A stretch of 64,000 nucleotides of DNA from Octopus vulgaris (Eukaryota). Positions 14,769 to 28,569 of the stretch are shown here, one piece after another. The DNA lies in the NCBI GenBank assembly GCA_951406725.2, contig OX597827.1, positions 82,150,001 to 82,214,000 of the forward strand, given 5' to 3'. Position 1 is the stretch's first letter. Every line of letters starts with the position of its first letter. Both the position numbers and the translations under genes were made by a program. The notes beneath the pieces were generated by a model. It made no database searches and had not been told where the DNA came from. It was given only the letters and a program-made list of their open reading frames with translations.

Positions 14769-15814
14769 CGTATGAAATATAATCAGCTGTTAAAATCATA
14801 TTTGGTTATGAGTTTTCAAATAATAATATACGTGAATAATAAACTCCCAGCTTCTCACAGAATGGATAAAGGTTTCTAAACAAAAAGTAGGTCACCTCAA
14901 TGAGTGAATTCTGCAACAATTGCATAACTGTATGAAACAGATTGGAGCCAGACAGGGTCTCGATGACTGGTTGCATTACATTGAACTCTCAAAGGCCCTT
15001 CCTGAGCCATGGGCTCATAAGGCCTGGTTTCCTGGATTCTGTGGCATATATATTTCACATCACTAGACGGGACACTGATTCATTGTAGGTTTCTTCCTTT
15101 ATGCAAGCTAAGTGGATTTGAGCAAAGTGAAATGAAGGGTTTCGCTCAAGAACACAATATACCACCCGCTCATGGATGCAAAACAACAAACTCACAATCA
15201 TGAGTGCAAGACCCGAACCACTTAGCCACGTGCCTCCACACATTAAACTTCACTCACCCAGTATTGAACACTCTCTTTTCTATTACATATTAAACTCCTT
15301 TTTGGCAAATATATATATATCTCATCATCAACATCGTCATTTAATGTCTGCTTTCCATGCTGGCATGGGTTGAACGGTTTGATCAAGGATCGGTGAGCCA
15401 GAAGGCTGCACCAGGCTCCAATCTGATCTGGCAAAGTTTCTACAGCTGGATGCCCTTCCTAACGCCAACCACATGTGTGTCTTTGTGTCTCTGTTTGTCT
15501 CTCCACCATCACTTGACAACCAATGTTAGTGTGCTTATGTCCCCGAAACTTAGTGGTTTGGCAAAAGAGACCGATAGAATTAAGTAGTAGGCCTACAAAG
15601 AATAAGACCTGAGGTCAATTTCTTCAACTAAAGGCAGTGCTCCAGCATGGCCATAGTCAAATGACTGGAACAAGTAAAAGAGTAAATATATATATGTGCG
15701 TGTGTGTATATACACATATATATACATGCTAAATAGTAGTGTCTGCTACAATTTAATCTGTACACTATGTAAGGTGGTGAGCTGGCAGAATTGTTAGCAT
15801 GTATGTATATATAT

Positions 15815-15892
<78 letters not shown>

Positions 15893-18180
15893 GTATATAT
15901 GTATATATAAATATATATATATATATATTTATAAATTCTTAGCAGCATTTTGTTCACCTTTACATTCTGAGTTCAAATTCTACCAAGGCCAGCTTTACTT
16001 TTCATCTTTTGGGGTTTGATAAAATAAGTCCCAGCTGATCAGTGGGGCTGATGTAATCAATTATCCCATGAAATTGCTGGGCCTTGTTCCAGAATTTCAA
16101 ACCAATATTTGTACTATATAGCAGCAAAGGTAGTGTAATCAAACGATCACTCTAAACTGCAGTATAAATATACTCACTAATGTATACGTGTGTGTGTGTG
16201 GGGGGGGGGGGCGTATAGTGCAATATTTAAGCAATCTATTAAAGTTTCCTTTATCTCAAACAATCTGTTTTGAGTTGTAAGATTTGTGGTACAGGGAAGT
16301 AATAGGTTTCTTCTCTCTGCTTCCTTGTCCCTTTAACAGGGAGGGGAGGGTGGGAGAGGGAAAGATAAAGAGAGAGAGAGAGAGATAGATTGCAAATAAA
16401 AGAGAAATTCTCTTCTCTCTCTTTCTCTCTCTGCGTTCACGCCTGTCTGTCTGTTCATTCTGCTCACTTCAGCTGTGACTGGGGAAGAAGAAACACCTAA
16501 ATTGCAGTTTATTAAAATTAACACCTCTCTGAAGTAATAGCTGTAGGTTAGTCATTTGAATTTCATCTCAATTCCATCGTTGAACAACACTTTCACTAGT
16601 TTACCTCTCCACCCTTTCTCTCTCTTTCTTTCTCACACACAAATATACATATACATCTGTGTGTGTGTGTGTGTGGTGTCTTAGATCTACCAGCCTCGTT
16701 GCCACAACAATGAGCAACGATTGTATCTTTGTTGGAGACTGCGAAACAATCTACTCGGTCAGAATGATTAGGACGAGATTATTGCTTTGGCAGGCTTCCA
16801 TAAGTTAAGCCTGCCAAATACCATTTCAGGTGTCAAGCCTTATTACTTTTTATATGTTCAATTTAAGTGCTGTGCAGCAGTGCCGAGCAGGAATGAAATC
16901 ATAAAAGTCTTTAGTATTATAAAGCACCATGAGACCGAGAGCTCATAACACCTGGAGAAGTGAACAAAATGAAGTCGATAACCGACAGCAGTTAAAGCTA
17001 TGTCAGTCATAAAAGCTAAGCTCATTACTTCTCCTGGCTATAAAACTCGGTTGCAAAACACCAAAGAATCGCATTTACAAATGCACCATCAGTAATTAAA
17101 CCTTACAGCTATAACCTTATGCAGATTGCACATTAAAAGAAGCAACTGAAAATGGAATCTACTTAGAAGCGACAACTGAATGAGAATGGCCATTGGTTGT
17201 AGAAGTATATAACCTGTGTGTAGTTGAGGTGGGGGGAAATCTTACAGACATTAAACAGTGGGCTAATGGTTGAAATAAAATATAATTACAGTGTAAATTG
17301 TGGATGGATGCAAAGTGCACGGTGGGGTTCTAATCAAAACTGGTAACTATGATTAACTAAACCTACCGCTCCCATCTCCAAGACTACCGACGCCAACTTA
17401 GAACAAATCTGAGTGGATCAATGTCGCTGTCGGATCAAACAGCTCAATTGATATGTTTAATATTTAGACATGGCATTAGCAGAGGTTTATCACGCAGCTC
17501 AGATGGCTGACTAATGTACTTTTGTAGAGACTGAGTCATTGTACTCAACTCTGTGGTACTTTGTGGAGCTAAGGATCAACTATGTGATTACTCAAAACAG
17601 TACGAAAAGAAATAGCAGCCAAATGTACCTGAAACAAGAGCTTGCCATCTTTGAAAACAGGAAGGTCATTTTAGGTGATAGAGTTCTCAATAACAGAAAG
17701 AAGTCAGGTTGGTCATGGTTGGTATGCCTTTGATTAAGTTGAGCTGGAGATAAACAACAGCCACACGGAAGTTTTATAATTTACTTGCAGACATTTAAAG
17801 ACATGAAATGCATAATGAGTTGTGATGGTTATGTTCTTTGCAGGCCTGCGGTTGTGGCTGTGCTGGTTTTGCTGGTGGTGGTGGTGGTGGTGGTTATGAT
17901 GGTGATGATGAAGGTGGTGTTGTTGTGGTGGTTATGATGGAAGTGGTTTTGGTGGTGGTGGTGATGCTGCTGCTGCCGTTAGAGGTGCTGTTGTTGTGGT
18001 TATGATGATGGTGGTGGTAATAGTGGCGGTGATGGTGATGTCGGTAACAAATGTCAGGTGCAATGGTTTATTCCGCCCACTCTGTGAGGGTGCCTCTACA
18101 TAATTCCTTCTCCTGTTAGAAATCATAGGAAAAAACTCCCTCAAATCAGACTCCAAAAGGACAGAAGGGATGCTGTAATC

Positions 18181-18347
18181 CAGTCATGGTCAAACTGTGG
18201 CCCCCTGGCTGCATGCGGCTCACAAGGTTTTCTGAATGGCAGGCTTAACGAAAAATCACCTTGAATTCTTTTAGACATCCAGCCCACATGAGGATGAATC
18301 ATGTCTCATGTGGCCTATTTCTTGAGAAAGGTTCCCTATAACTGATA
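18181..18347. mobile_element. Possible hAT-type MITE
   Basis: cagtcatggtcaaactgtggccccctggctgcatgcggc start and ..tgtggcc..aaaggttccctataactg end resemble hAT non-autonomous termini. Confidence 0.4.
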
Positions 18348-19124
18348 GTCCAAGGTAGACAATGTGAAGAGATATGGCCTAGTAGTTAAGGTGTTGGGCT
18401 TACACTCATGAGGGTGTGGGTTCACTTCCTGGGCTAGGTGGAACATCGTGTCCTTGAGAAAGGCACTTCATTTCAAGTTGCCTCAGTCTGCTAAGCTGTA
18501 AACAGGTACCTGAGTACCAGCCAAGAGCTGGTGCAGTTCTGTCTTGCTCCAGCTGGCCCATCCTGGATGTTCCACTGGATCTAGGGTGAAGGGGTTAAGT
18601 GGAGGTCCATATTGGCTTGTGACTGTTCAAGCATGGTACATGGTTACTAAGTCATACTCAGTCATGCATGACAGCTGGAGGTACTGTACTGAAGGTACAG
18701 CGTACCTGTAAATAGAGATGGAATGGTCACAATTGGAAAGTCTTTAATCATTGGTCCACTGGACCTGGGAATTACAAGAGTTTTCATGTCTCAGATCCAT
18801 GGAAATGGTTTTTATTCTTCTGTGGCACCAGATTCTGTCGGAGCCATTTTGGGAAAAACATACGCTTCTTGATTTCATGATACTGCAGCTTTGTGATCCT
18901 TAATTGTTTTAACTTCGTTACACACTGGGCATCAAACACAGAAATAACGAGGAACTTCACAGAGAAAACTAAATAAAACCATTTTAATGTTGGAAATTGA
19001 AAAGAAAATGGAAACACCATTGCTTGCCTCATTTTATTAGTCATGACACACACACACACATGTATACAGGTATATAAGTGCGTGTGCATATATACATATG
19101 CGTATGTGTGTGTGCATGTATGTG

Positions 19125-19159
<35 letters not shown>

Positions 19160-19271
19160 ATATATAATGTATGTGTGTGTATGTGTAATGTATGTGTATG
19201 TGTGTGTATGTATATATATATATATATATATACATATACACAAATATGTGTATATGCGTGTGTGTGCATGC

Positions 19272-19317
<46 letters not shown>

Positions 19318-20654
19318 CCACACACACACAAATATGTATGTGTGTGTGTATCCAAGGAAATGATGAATAACTTGTTTTTCAAGCATTAATATGGATTTCT
19401 AAATGTTTAAATTATACTCTTCAAACCTCACGAGACAACACCTGACTCGTGATGTTGTACCCAGGTATATTATTATATCTAATAAAGGTGCTGAAAGAAT
19501 GATGGTGATTGGATGGGTCAGTGTTGAGTGAAGGACACTGGTGGACTTTCCAGTATGAAAATGGGAAAAAGTGTTGAAGAAAGTGATAATGTTGATGTGA
19601 TGTAAGGTGATAATGTTGTTGTGTCATGAGATGATAATGTTGGTGTGCAATAACACTACATCAGGCGATAATGTTGTACAAGTTAAATGGTCAAAGTGTA
19701 AATTGACTGAAATACAGTCGATGCAGGGCCTGAATGAGTTCAAGTAAAATCACTTTGGCATGTAACAGTCAAGAGTTCAATCCTAGTAAGAGTCATTATT
19801 GTTCTCCTTTCCCACAAGATCCAACAAAATAATTACCAGTTGTTATTGTTGTTACTTAACCTCAATTGAGCTTGATCAAGCAAATATATGAGAAAAGGTC
19901 TTCAAGGCATGTTTGAGGAACATATCTAGACAGGTGTGCCCCTCAAACGTAGGTTTGGGTTTATTTCAAATCTTGATAAAAACAATCATTTTGGTAAACT
20001 ACACATTCAACATTAAATTTACAAACTTGCCAATGCAAATCGCTGCATTTTACATTTACCATTTACAATAATTATCCAAATAATTGTCTTCCCTACCTGT
20101 GTTTGTAAGTGGTGGATGCTACCAGAGTTGCCAGACACAGGGTCATCTATGTGAACCCTCAGTGCGTGATTGCAGTACTTTAGTACAGTTATTATATGAA
20201 ATTATGTTACTGAGGCCTGAAAATGCAGCTGAAGATCTGCTTGGTATCTTATTGGTTGAATGTCTTGTGTATTTTGTAAAGAGGGAAATGTTTTAAAATC
20301 AATTTCAGAAAAATTCTGTTGAAATTAGAGTTCCCATTCAGATTGGTTGGGTGATCAAACCTGATGGCATTTCAGTTACAGAAAAGAGATGGTGGGGTAA
20401 GGGGCACTCTTCTTTGGTTCTAAATGGCACTGCTTTGCAATATAAAACTAACTTTTTCTTCGAAATCCCTATTTTTCTAAATCAGCATTAGAGTAAGTCA
20501 CTCCTCTGTCAAATGTAATTTTCTTTGTAGACATATTATATTTCCTACATGATGGTGCTCCAGCGTGACCACAGCTGCATGGCTGAAACGAGTAAAAGAG
20601 TGAGATTCTTGATGATGAAATCAGGATGACTGAAATTACTTTTGATGTCTCTTA

Positions 20655-21045
20655 TTTTTATCCTTTTACTTGTTTCAGTCATTAGACTGTGGCCAAGCTG
20701 GGGCATTGCCTTGAAGAACTTTTAACTGAATGAATTGACCCCAGGACTTATTTTTTTGAAGCTTGGTACTTATTCTATCGTTCTCTGTTTCTCAAACTGC
20801 TAAGTTACAAGGACATAAACACACCAGCAATGGTTGTCAAGAGGTAGTGGGGGACAGAGACACAAAGACATGCACACACACACGAGAGGCTTCTTTCAGT
20901 TTCCATCTACTAAATCTACTCACAAGACTTTGGTTGAACTGACGCTATAGGAGAAGACACTTTCTCAAGGTGCCCCACAGTGAGATTGAACTCCGAACCA
21001 CATGGTTGAGAAGCAAGCCTCCAATCACCCAGCCACACCTGCACC
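20655..21045 (-). mobile_element. tRNA-derived SINE family 1
   Basis: Colinear with 33845-34232 from ttttacttgtttcagtcat to cagccacacctgcacc. Confidence 0.85.
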
Positions 21046-21475
21046 AAGTTTTTCCTTTGCTTTCTACAGAGTTTATTGTTGCATGTCTCGTAATCAAAAG
21101 TGACTTCTAAGACATTTGGTTAGATATCCATTTGCTATTACATTAATTAAAAGCCTTACTTCTTAAAAAGTGTGGATTCAGCTTCTTCTTTATAATCTTG
21201 CTTAATCTGAACCCCAAATAGCCCAGTTGTTATCTCAATGAAGTCCTTTGTTTAAGATGTATAACTCAATAAACTCGCAAATCGCTACACCATCCAAAGC
21301 CCCCCGTTCTGATAATAAAAGAATTAATAATGTTTCCCACATGCTGCATCTTTGTTGTAAAACCAAGATATTCTGACATGCCTTATGATATCTTTACCAT
21401 TTATGGTGCCACATGTTCTTCAAAATCCTAATGGAACTGGACAAATAATCATCAATAATATCAAACCAGATGAAT

Positions 21476-21741
21476 GTCAGTTCAATATTTAAGAAACAAG
21501 GAATTATTTACATTATTTACATTTGACGGATATTTGTCCTCATCTTGTTTGATGTTAACACGTTTTGGCTGATATACCCTCCAACCTTCATCAAGTGTCT
21601 TGGGGAAATTTCATTCCTAAGGTATTTTTCATTGTTATTATTATTGTTATTATTATTATTATTATTCAGGTCACTGCTTGGAATCGGCATCTTGGGGTTA
21701 GTAGCCCGTGCTCTTAACCATTATGCCATATGCCTGTGGCA
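21476..21741 (-). mobile_element. Second, more degraded copy of the tRNA-head/hammerhead element
   Basis: Colinear with 32375-32644 (tatttacatttgacggatatttgtcctcatc...ggctgatataccctccaaccttcatcaagtgtc...cttggggttagtagcccgtgctcttaacca). Core reads UUGAUGA / AAAAC. Confidence 0.8.
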
Positions 21742-22099
21742 TGTTTAAGATGTGTCTGCTGACTAAGTTGGCTCAGAGCAAGGCTAAGAGGTTTGCATTT
21801 AGGATTAAAGGTGAATTCCTTTTTGTGATGCTTTGATGTTACATAAAATTAATACTTAGCTACATACTGCAATTTTCTTGTCTAGTTTTAATCTGGATGT
21901 TATAGTCATGCCCTCACAGCCAAAGTACCTTCATGCTGTTGTTGTAAAGCCACCTTTAGTGAGGACTGAACTTGGAATATTCAGGTGAGATTATTTCCCT
22001 GACCTGTGTTGGGCATCACTCAACCATGAAAACTATTACAAGAACTTGTGTCTCACTTCTTGGATACATGTGTGTGTCTGTAAATTTCTGTATACATAC

Positions 22100-22145
<46 letters not shown>

Positions 22146-22208
22146 GCTAGACCACTGGTGTGATATCGATCTTAATTAAATTAATATCTAATTTCTCACC
22201 CTCATTTT

Positions 22209-22251
<43 letters not shown>

Positions 22252-23332
22252 GGAGTTTAACGCAGGTATAATTCAAATACTTTTACTTCCGACACATGTT
22301 TTGAAGATTTCACTGATATTATTCCGAAGGAATAAATGGTGTAAAACAATGAAATCTTCTAATTTTTTGCTACCCTGGTAACTATTTATATATATTTTTT
22401 CCATACACATATACATACATACTCACACATAGATACTAACATACACACACATGTAAAGGTAATTGTGTGACAGTGTTGCTAGCATGTTGGTAAAAACTGC
22501 CCTGCATATTTGTCCATCCCACTTGTCTATTCCCTGGGTTCAAATCTCAGTGAAGTGCCATTAAAGTTTTAGCCATTTGATGTTCATAAAATGCAATCCT
22601 AGCTAAGGGTTTGTGTAGTACTGCCCCCTCCCCTGTACCTAGGGTGAGGTCAAAGCAAGATGATCAGAAGTCATGTGAAACCAGGGGGCTTACATGAGAG
22701 TGTCCCTCTCCTAGGAGGATACTGTGACAACAGCTAGGGGTTTTCTCTGCATGCCCTGACACCAACCAGCGGTATTTCTGTGACCATCCACTCAGATGGA
22801 TTGTCATCACAGATGATAGTTAACCTGTAGCCAGGACCCTAAAAGGGGTCTGGCAGTAAGTCGGCTGCCAAGTTAGGAGGACGGATACGTATATAGAAGG
22901 GGAGAGAGAGAGATAGAAAAGAGAAGAGAAGGGTATATAAAGTGAGGGAGCGAGGAAGGGAAAGTAATGAATAATATTGGGAAAAAATGGTGAGGGTTGT
23001 TTCTGTCTGTTTGTCTGTTTTGGATTATATTTAGGAAATCTTTCTCAAACTGCTCAAGTAGTGGAGATAGCCATATTCATATATATTTATATCGATATGC
23101 GTACATATATGGTCAATCACGTGATCACATGCAATTGACCAGACTAGTGGATGTTGTTACACATCATTGGTCACAATGCGCTTTGCATCGTTTTAGCATT
23201 CAAATGATGCCACTCTGCTGGTGAGGTGAGCAGGTCAGCATTGCCCCACTGATCAGAAGACCACATCATCATAAAGGGTGACCTGTTTACAGCTGAGTGG
23301 ACTGGAGCAGCGTGAAATGAAATATTTTGTTC

Positions 23333-23593
23333 GGATCCCGTGCCAGTGGTACATGAAATGCACCATTCTAGTATGGTTGATGCCAGTACCGCCTGACTGG
23401 CCCCTGTACTGGGGGCATGTAAAAAGCAACAACTACACTCTCAGAGTGGTTAGCATTAGAGAGGCCATCCAACTGTAGAACTTTGCCAAATCAGATTGGA
23501 GCCTGGTGCAGCCTCTTGGCTTGCCAGTCCTTAGTCAAACCGTCCAACCATGCCAGCATGGAAAGTGGACATTAAATGATGATGATGATGATG
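23333..23593 (+). mobile_element. RTE 3'UTR copy nested inside a SINE
   Basis: Tail sequence with (GAT)n splitting a minus-strand SINE at ...ttttgttc | aagaacagcac... Confidence 0.82.
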
Positions 23594-25570
23594 AAGAACA
23601 GCACACACCACCCAGTTGGGGAACTGAACTCACAGTCGAGTGACTGGGAGTGCAACACCCTAACCACTTGGCCATATGCCTTTATGTATGAGTGTATGGC
23701 TCAGTACTTATATACAACCACGTCATATACACAGAATATATATACATACACTTATATTTATATGTGTAATACTGTAGATATTTATTACCAACACTCATCC
23801 CCCTCCTCCACCTTATGTTCACTCCCCCCTTTAATTACCTTAATTAATCAGTTAATCATAAGTGATTAACTGTAAACTATACTGTTCAGGCTCTATAGCG
23901 CATAGTTTCAGTCACCACCACCACCACTGGTACACCATCATCATCATGCTCTATCCATACCACTCTAAACCACCATCACTACATTCCACCACCTCCACTA
24001 CTAGTACACATCATCATCATCATCATAGTATATCACTACCACCACCACCACCACCACTGCTTAACCCTGCAGTGATTAGAAACCCTACCACACTCTGCTC
24101 CTGCCTTCTTCCTGCTCTCCAGGGACTTTTTCTCTAAATGCTTCCACCATCTCTCACTCCTCTCTTTTTCTGCTACTTCTTATAACTATCTCCTCTCCCT
24201 TCACTTTAATCTCCTCCACCTCCTCTCCACTCCCTAACTAACTTTTCCTCCTCCTTTACGCTAAAATCTCCTCCTCCTTCTACCCCACTTGCTACCTCTT
24301 ACCGCTCCTCCCTAACCTTCAATCCATACAGCCACCCCATCACCTTTGATCTATTTTTCATTATGGGGTCAATTAATGAGAAAGAAGCAGGGAGAGGGGC
24401 CAGACTGAGGATTCCTTATAACCAAAAGGTCTCCCTTGCAATTATTGATCATGGAACATGACTAAAGATCCTTGAACTGAGAGTGACCAGTGGTCAGTGG
24501 TCTGTGGACAATAAAGGTCTATTAAATAACATACAAGATAAAATCTTGATTTATTGAAAATATCTTCTCTTTGAAAGAAGAGTATACAAATTCCAGGTGG
24601 CAGGCATGACCAGAGCCAGATGGGCAGCGAGGGGAAAGCCCCAGTAGCTCAAATTCACAGGGTCTAGTGAACCTTCAGCTGACTTTTACCCCCAGATTTT
24701 CCCTGCTCGTACCCACAGCCTACTATAGCAAAAGTAAAGCCTATGTGTTACCAAAAAAGACATTAGCACCAATTTGAATGTGGTTCAACCAATCAACGTT
24801 GGCTGATTTGTTATGGATGATGTGGTAAACTTAAAAAGAAGTGAGTTTTCCCACTAAACAGCATGGTTGAAGGTTCTAGAGAACTTTTGCTTACAGTTAT
24901 AAAAAGCTGGCAAATGCAACCTCAAAGCAGAGCCACTCAACAATCTACATAGAACTATGTTGCTTTGCTCAGTGAATGGGTCTCTGGCTCTCTTTTACTT
25001 TTAGTGACTGCACATGCTTGTGACATGTTTGACAACCTTCTGCTATAATATCGAATCAGCCACACACACACACACACACACATTCCGTATATGCTGTTAT
25101 CCTCATTCTTTCTACTTATGAAACACTTTCATATTAATATTATCAAACATGTTGCATCACAGACGGTTTCAATCTATCATGTATGTTGTTACTTTAAATA
25201 TAGATCTGTACACATGTAGATATAAATACATGTTGAAAATACAGATATAAGCATTTTGGGTTAATAAAAAGATATGAAAAGTGAAATAGATATTAGTGTG
25301 GCCATTGTGGTCTTCACTCAAGGCCTACCAAATATTGTGGACTTCAAATGAAGAAGTAATGACTAAAACCAACACAAGAAGCTGTTAACCGCAATATGAC
25401 ACAATATGAGAGTGGACATTGCTGCATTGTAATGACATAACAGCTTTTCATATATATATATACATACATATATATATACATACATAGATATTTACTACCA
25501 ACACTACATCGCCCCTCCTGCACCTCATGTTCACTCCTCCCACTGGTGGCTGCCAATATTTGCTTCCAAT

Positions 25571-25790
25571 TAAGGTGGCAACTGAGCAGAATTGTTAGCA
25601 TGCCAGGCAAAATGTTTAGCAGTATTTTGTTTGATTTTATGCTCTGGGTTCAAATTCCACCAAAGGTAGCTTTGCTTTTCATCCTGTCAGGGTCAATAGA
25701 ATAAGTACCAATTGTGCATCGGGGTCAATTTAATCATCTTATCCCCTCCCTGAAATTGCTGGCCTTGTGCTAAAATTGAAAACTAATTTT
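25571..25790 (+). mobile_element. SINE family 2 (aaggtggc..gcagaattgttagc head, gggttcaaatt B box, gcttttcatcc..gggtcaata..ataagtacc core)
   Basis: Related copies at 15771-16110 (split by a microsatellite), 40485-40630, 2985-3130, 13160-13296 (-), 31590-31725 and 43530-43700 (-). Confidence 0.75.
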
Positions 25791-26492
25791 TGCTTCCCAT
25801 TGTTGACTTTCGTTTGTGACACCCCATCCTGACCCAGAAGCAACTTTTCACGGTTGGGTCACTCTTTTGATGACATTCCAGCATTCTGGTTGAGAGGGCC
25901 CCTAGCATCTTGGAAGACAAAGGAAAAGAAAAGGTCCCGCAATCCCCCACTGCCACCCTTGACTAAGGAGGAGTGTTTTTGAGAGAAAGAGGGGAGGGTG
26001 GTGGATTTATGTTGGGTGTTGAGAAACTAAAGGAGAATAAGCACAAGTGTCTGACTATAGAGGAGGAGATAAAGATGATAGCAATGGGGTGGCGGGGTGG
26101 GCATTGAAGGGATAAGATGAGGGTGGGGACACAAGAGGGAATGTGGACAGAGAATCAGTTCAAGGGAAATGGTGGGGAAGTTCATAAGAATATGGGAGGT
26201 GGGTGGCAGATGCAGATGGGTGGCAGATGCAAGAATCTTTTAGGGGTGCAATTTTGCTGTAACAAACGGGTCCTCTTGCGAACAGTCAATTGCCAAATCA
26301 TCATCTTGATCCTTCCTCATCTCCTCTATGAGCTACAATATGTGTGTGTGTGTGTGTGTACGTTTATGTAGCTGTTTGTGTGTGTGTGTGTATCAATTAC
26401 AAAAACGAAATATATATATATGTGTATATATATATATATACCCATGCTAGCATGGAAAGCGGACGTTAAATGATGATGATATATATATACAT

Positions 26493-26526
<34 letters not shown>

Positions 26527-26821
26527 GATGGTGTACCGGTGGTTGTGGTGGTGGTGATGAGTGAAACTATGCGCTATAGAGCTTGAACAGTATAGTTTAC
26601 AGTTAATCACTTATGATTAACTGATTAATAATAATAAAACAAACAAACCACATGTATGTATATATATTCCTAACAATAAACAATTATTTATAATCATACA
26701 CGTTATAATAGTTTATACAAAACAATTTTCATGATGTTTCATATTTAGGTGTTTTTACTAAATTCATTCGGTTATTAAACATAAATAAATCTTGAAATTA
26801 AATGGTTTCGATTTGTGTATA

Positions 26822-26878
<57 letters not shown>

Positions 26879-27065
26879 GTTTGTGTGTGTGTGTGTATTC
26901 GCGTCGTGTGTTTCTTTAAGACAAGAATTTTAAAGTCTTTGGAAAAGTCTGCTTTTGTCAAACACCAGTTACCTCCCTTACATAAATGTCTTCCATTATC
27001 TTCACGCACACACAGACATAGCTTCGGTTTTCAACTTAATACACTCACACACATTCTCTCTCACA

Positions 27066-27139
<74 letters not shown>

Positions 27140-27142
<3 letters not shown>

Positions 27143-27629
27143 TGTTACATTACTCGGTAGTCAAGATAAAACTCTGAGTTTCAGATGCCGAAGTGGAAAT
27201 CCACAACACCATCTCTTCGGTTATCTGGCTATTTGAAATTTCTGTTACGTTTTTGGTCCCCTAAAGAAAACGGATAGAACATGCTTTCTGTGTTATGTCC
27301 CAAGAAGATTTTATATATTTTTATATATTTTTATATATTTTTATGTATTTTTATATAATTTTTATGACGAAAAATGCGAGCGATGTATAAGTACGCAGGC
27401 AAAGCAGAGTTATAACAGAGTAATTTCCCTTCATTTTTAACGGTATTTTTTCATAACGTTTTCAAATAGCCAGATAACCGAAGAGATGGTGTTGTGGATT
27501 TCCACTCGGCATCTGAAACTCAGAGTTTTATCTTGACTACCGAGTAATGTAACATATTGTATAGATAAATTTCCTCTATTTACATAATATTGAGGTCTCT
27601 TTCTTTCTTTTGTTATCTTACCGTTTTAT

Positions 27630-27630
<1 letters not shown>
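27140..27630. mobile_element. Penelope-like non-autonomous element with ~98-bp inverted arms, each holding a hammerhead-like motif
   Basis: 27140-27238 is the near-perfect reverse complement of 27460-27557. The + arm reads AGAUAA-CCGAAGA-GAUG..CAUC-U-GAAA-CUC-A-GAG-UU-UUAUCU. Both flanks are (TA)n. Confidence 0.7.
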
Positions 27631-27682
<52 letters not shown>

Positions 27683-28052
27683 TATATTATCTATCTATAC
27701 ATATATACATATTATCTATCTATCTATATATATACATGTATTTATCTATCTATCTACCGAGCTATGAATTTGTGTGTGTGTGTGTGTGTGTTCAATTAGA
27801 GTTTGTGTTTACCTCGTGAAGGGATGGTTTCATCCAAGGAAATACTGGTTCAATACCTAGTATTTTGGGGGAATTAATTACCTTAAAATAATGGGTATAT
27901 ATATATATATATAATAACTTATAGGTTATATTCATGTAAAAGAAGAAAAAGAAAATGAAGTTTGGGAAGTTGATAATTGTTTATTATTAACAGAAAATTA
28001 ATCATCATCCCTTACAGCTGTTTCAATTAATACTCAGTAAATATGAAAATGA

Positions 28053-28516
28053 CTAGCTGACCCTGTGCCGTCAAAAAATGACAGCTAATTGTAGTATTTT
28101 ATATATAAGGTACAAAATAAGGTAAATAATAATCACACATACAAAACATTCACAAACTTCCCTTCTACACACACACACAGTTGAAATGCTGTTTGATTTT
28201 TCTTTTCAGCGTTGAGCGTTCACCATCCCATTTCCATTGCGCACACACACATTCACATACGTCCCTTTTACATACACACACATATACTCACACAGAGTTA
28301 AAATGCTGATATGTTTTCACCCCTTCCTTTCTCGTTCATATATTGTGACAGAGAAAAACAGTAAATACCGGACGTGCTCCTTGCCACTTCCTTTCTCTCA
28401 CTCTCTCTCAGTCAGGGCTATTACTCTCACTACTTCTCCTTCACTGAATTACTATTTTCTCTCCTCTCCCTTCACTTATACTATTTCTCCTATTCCATCC
28501 TACTCTATGATTTTGG

Positions 28517-28520
<4 letters not shown>
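28053..28520 (-). mobile_element. Non-autonomous Helitron-like element
   Basis: Minus-strand end GCTGTCA-tttt-TGACGGC hairpin, 10 nt, CTAG|T. The 5' boundary is uncertain. Confidence 0.55.
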
Positions 28521-28564
<44 letters not shown>

Positions 28565-28569
<5 letters not shown>

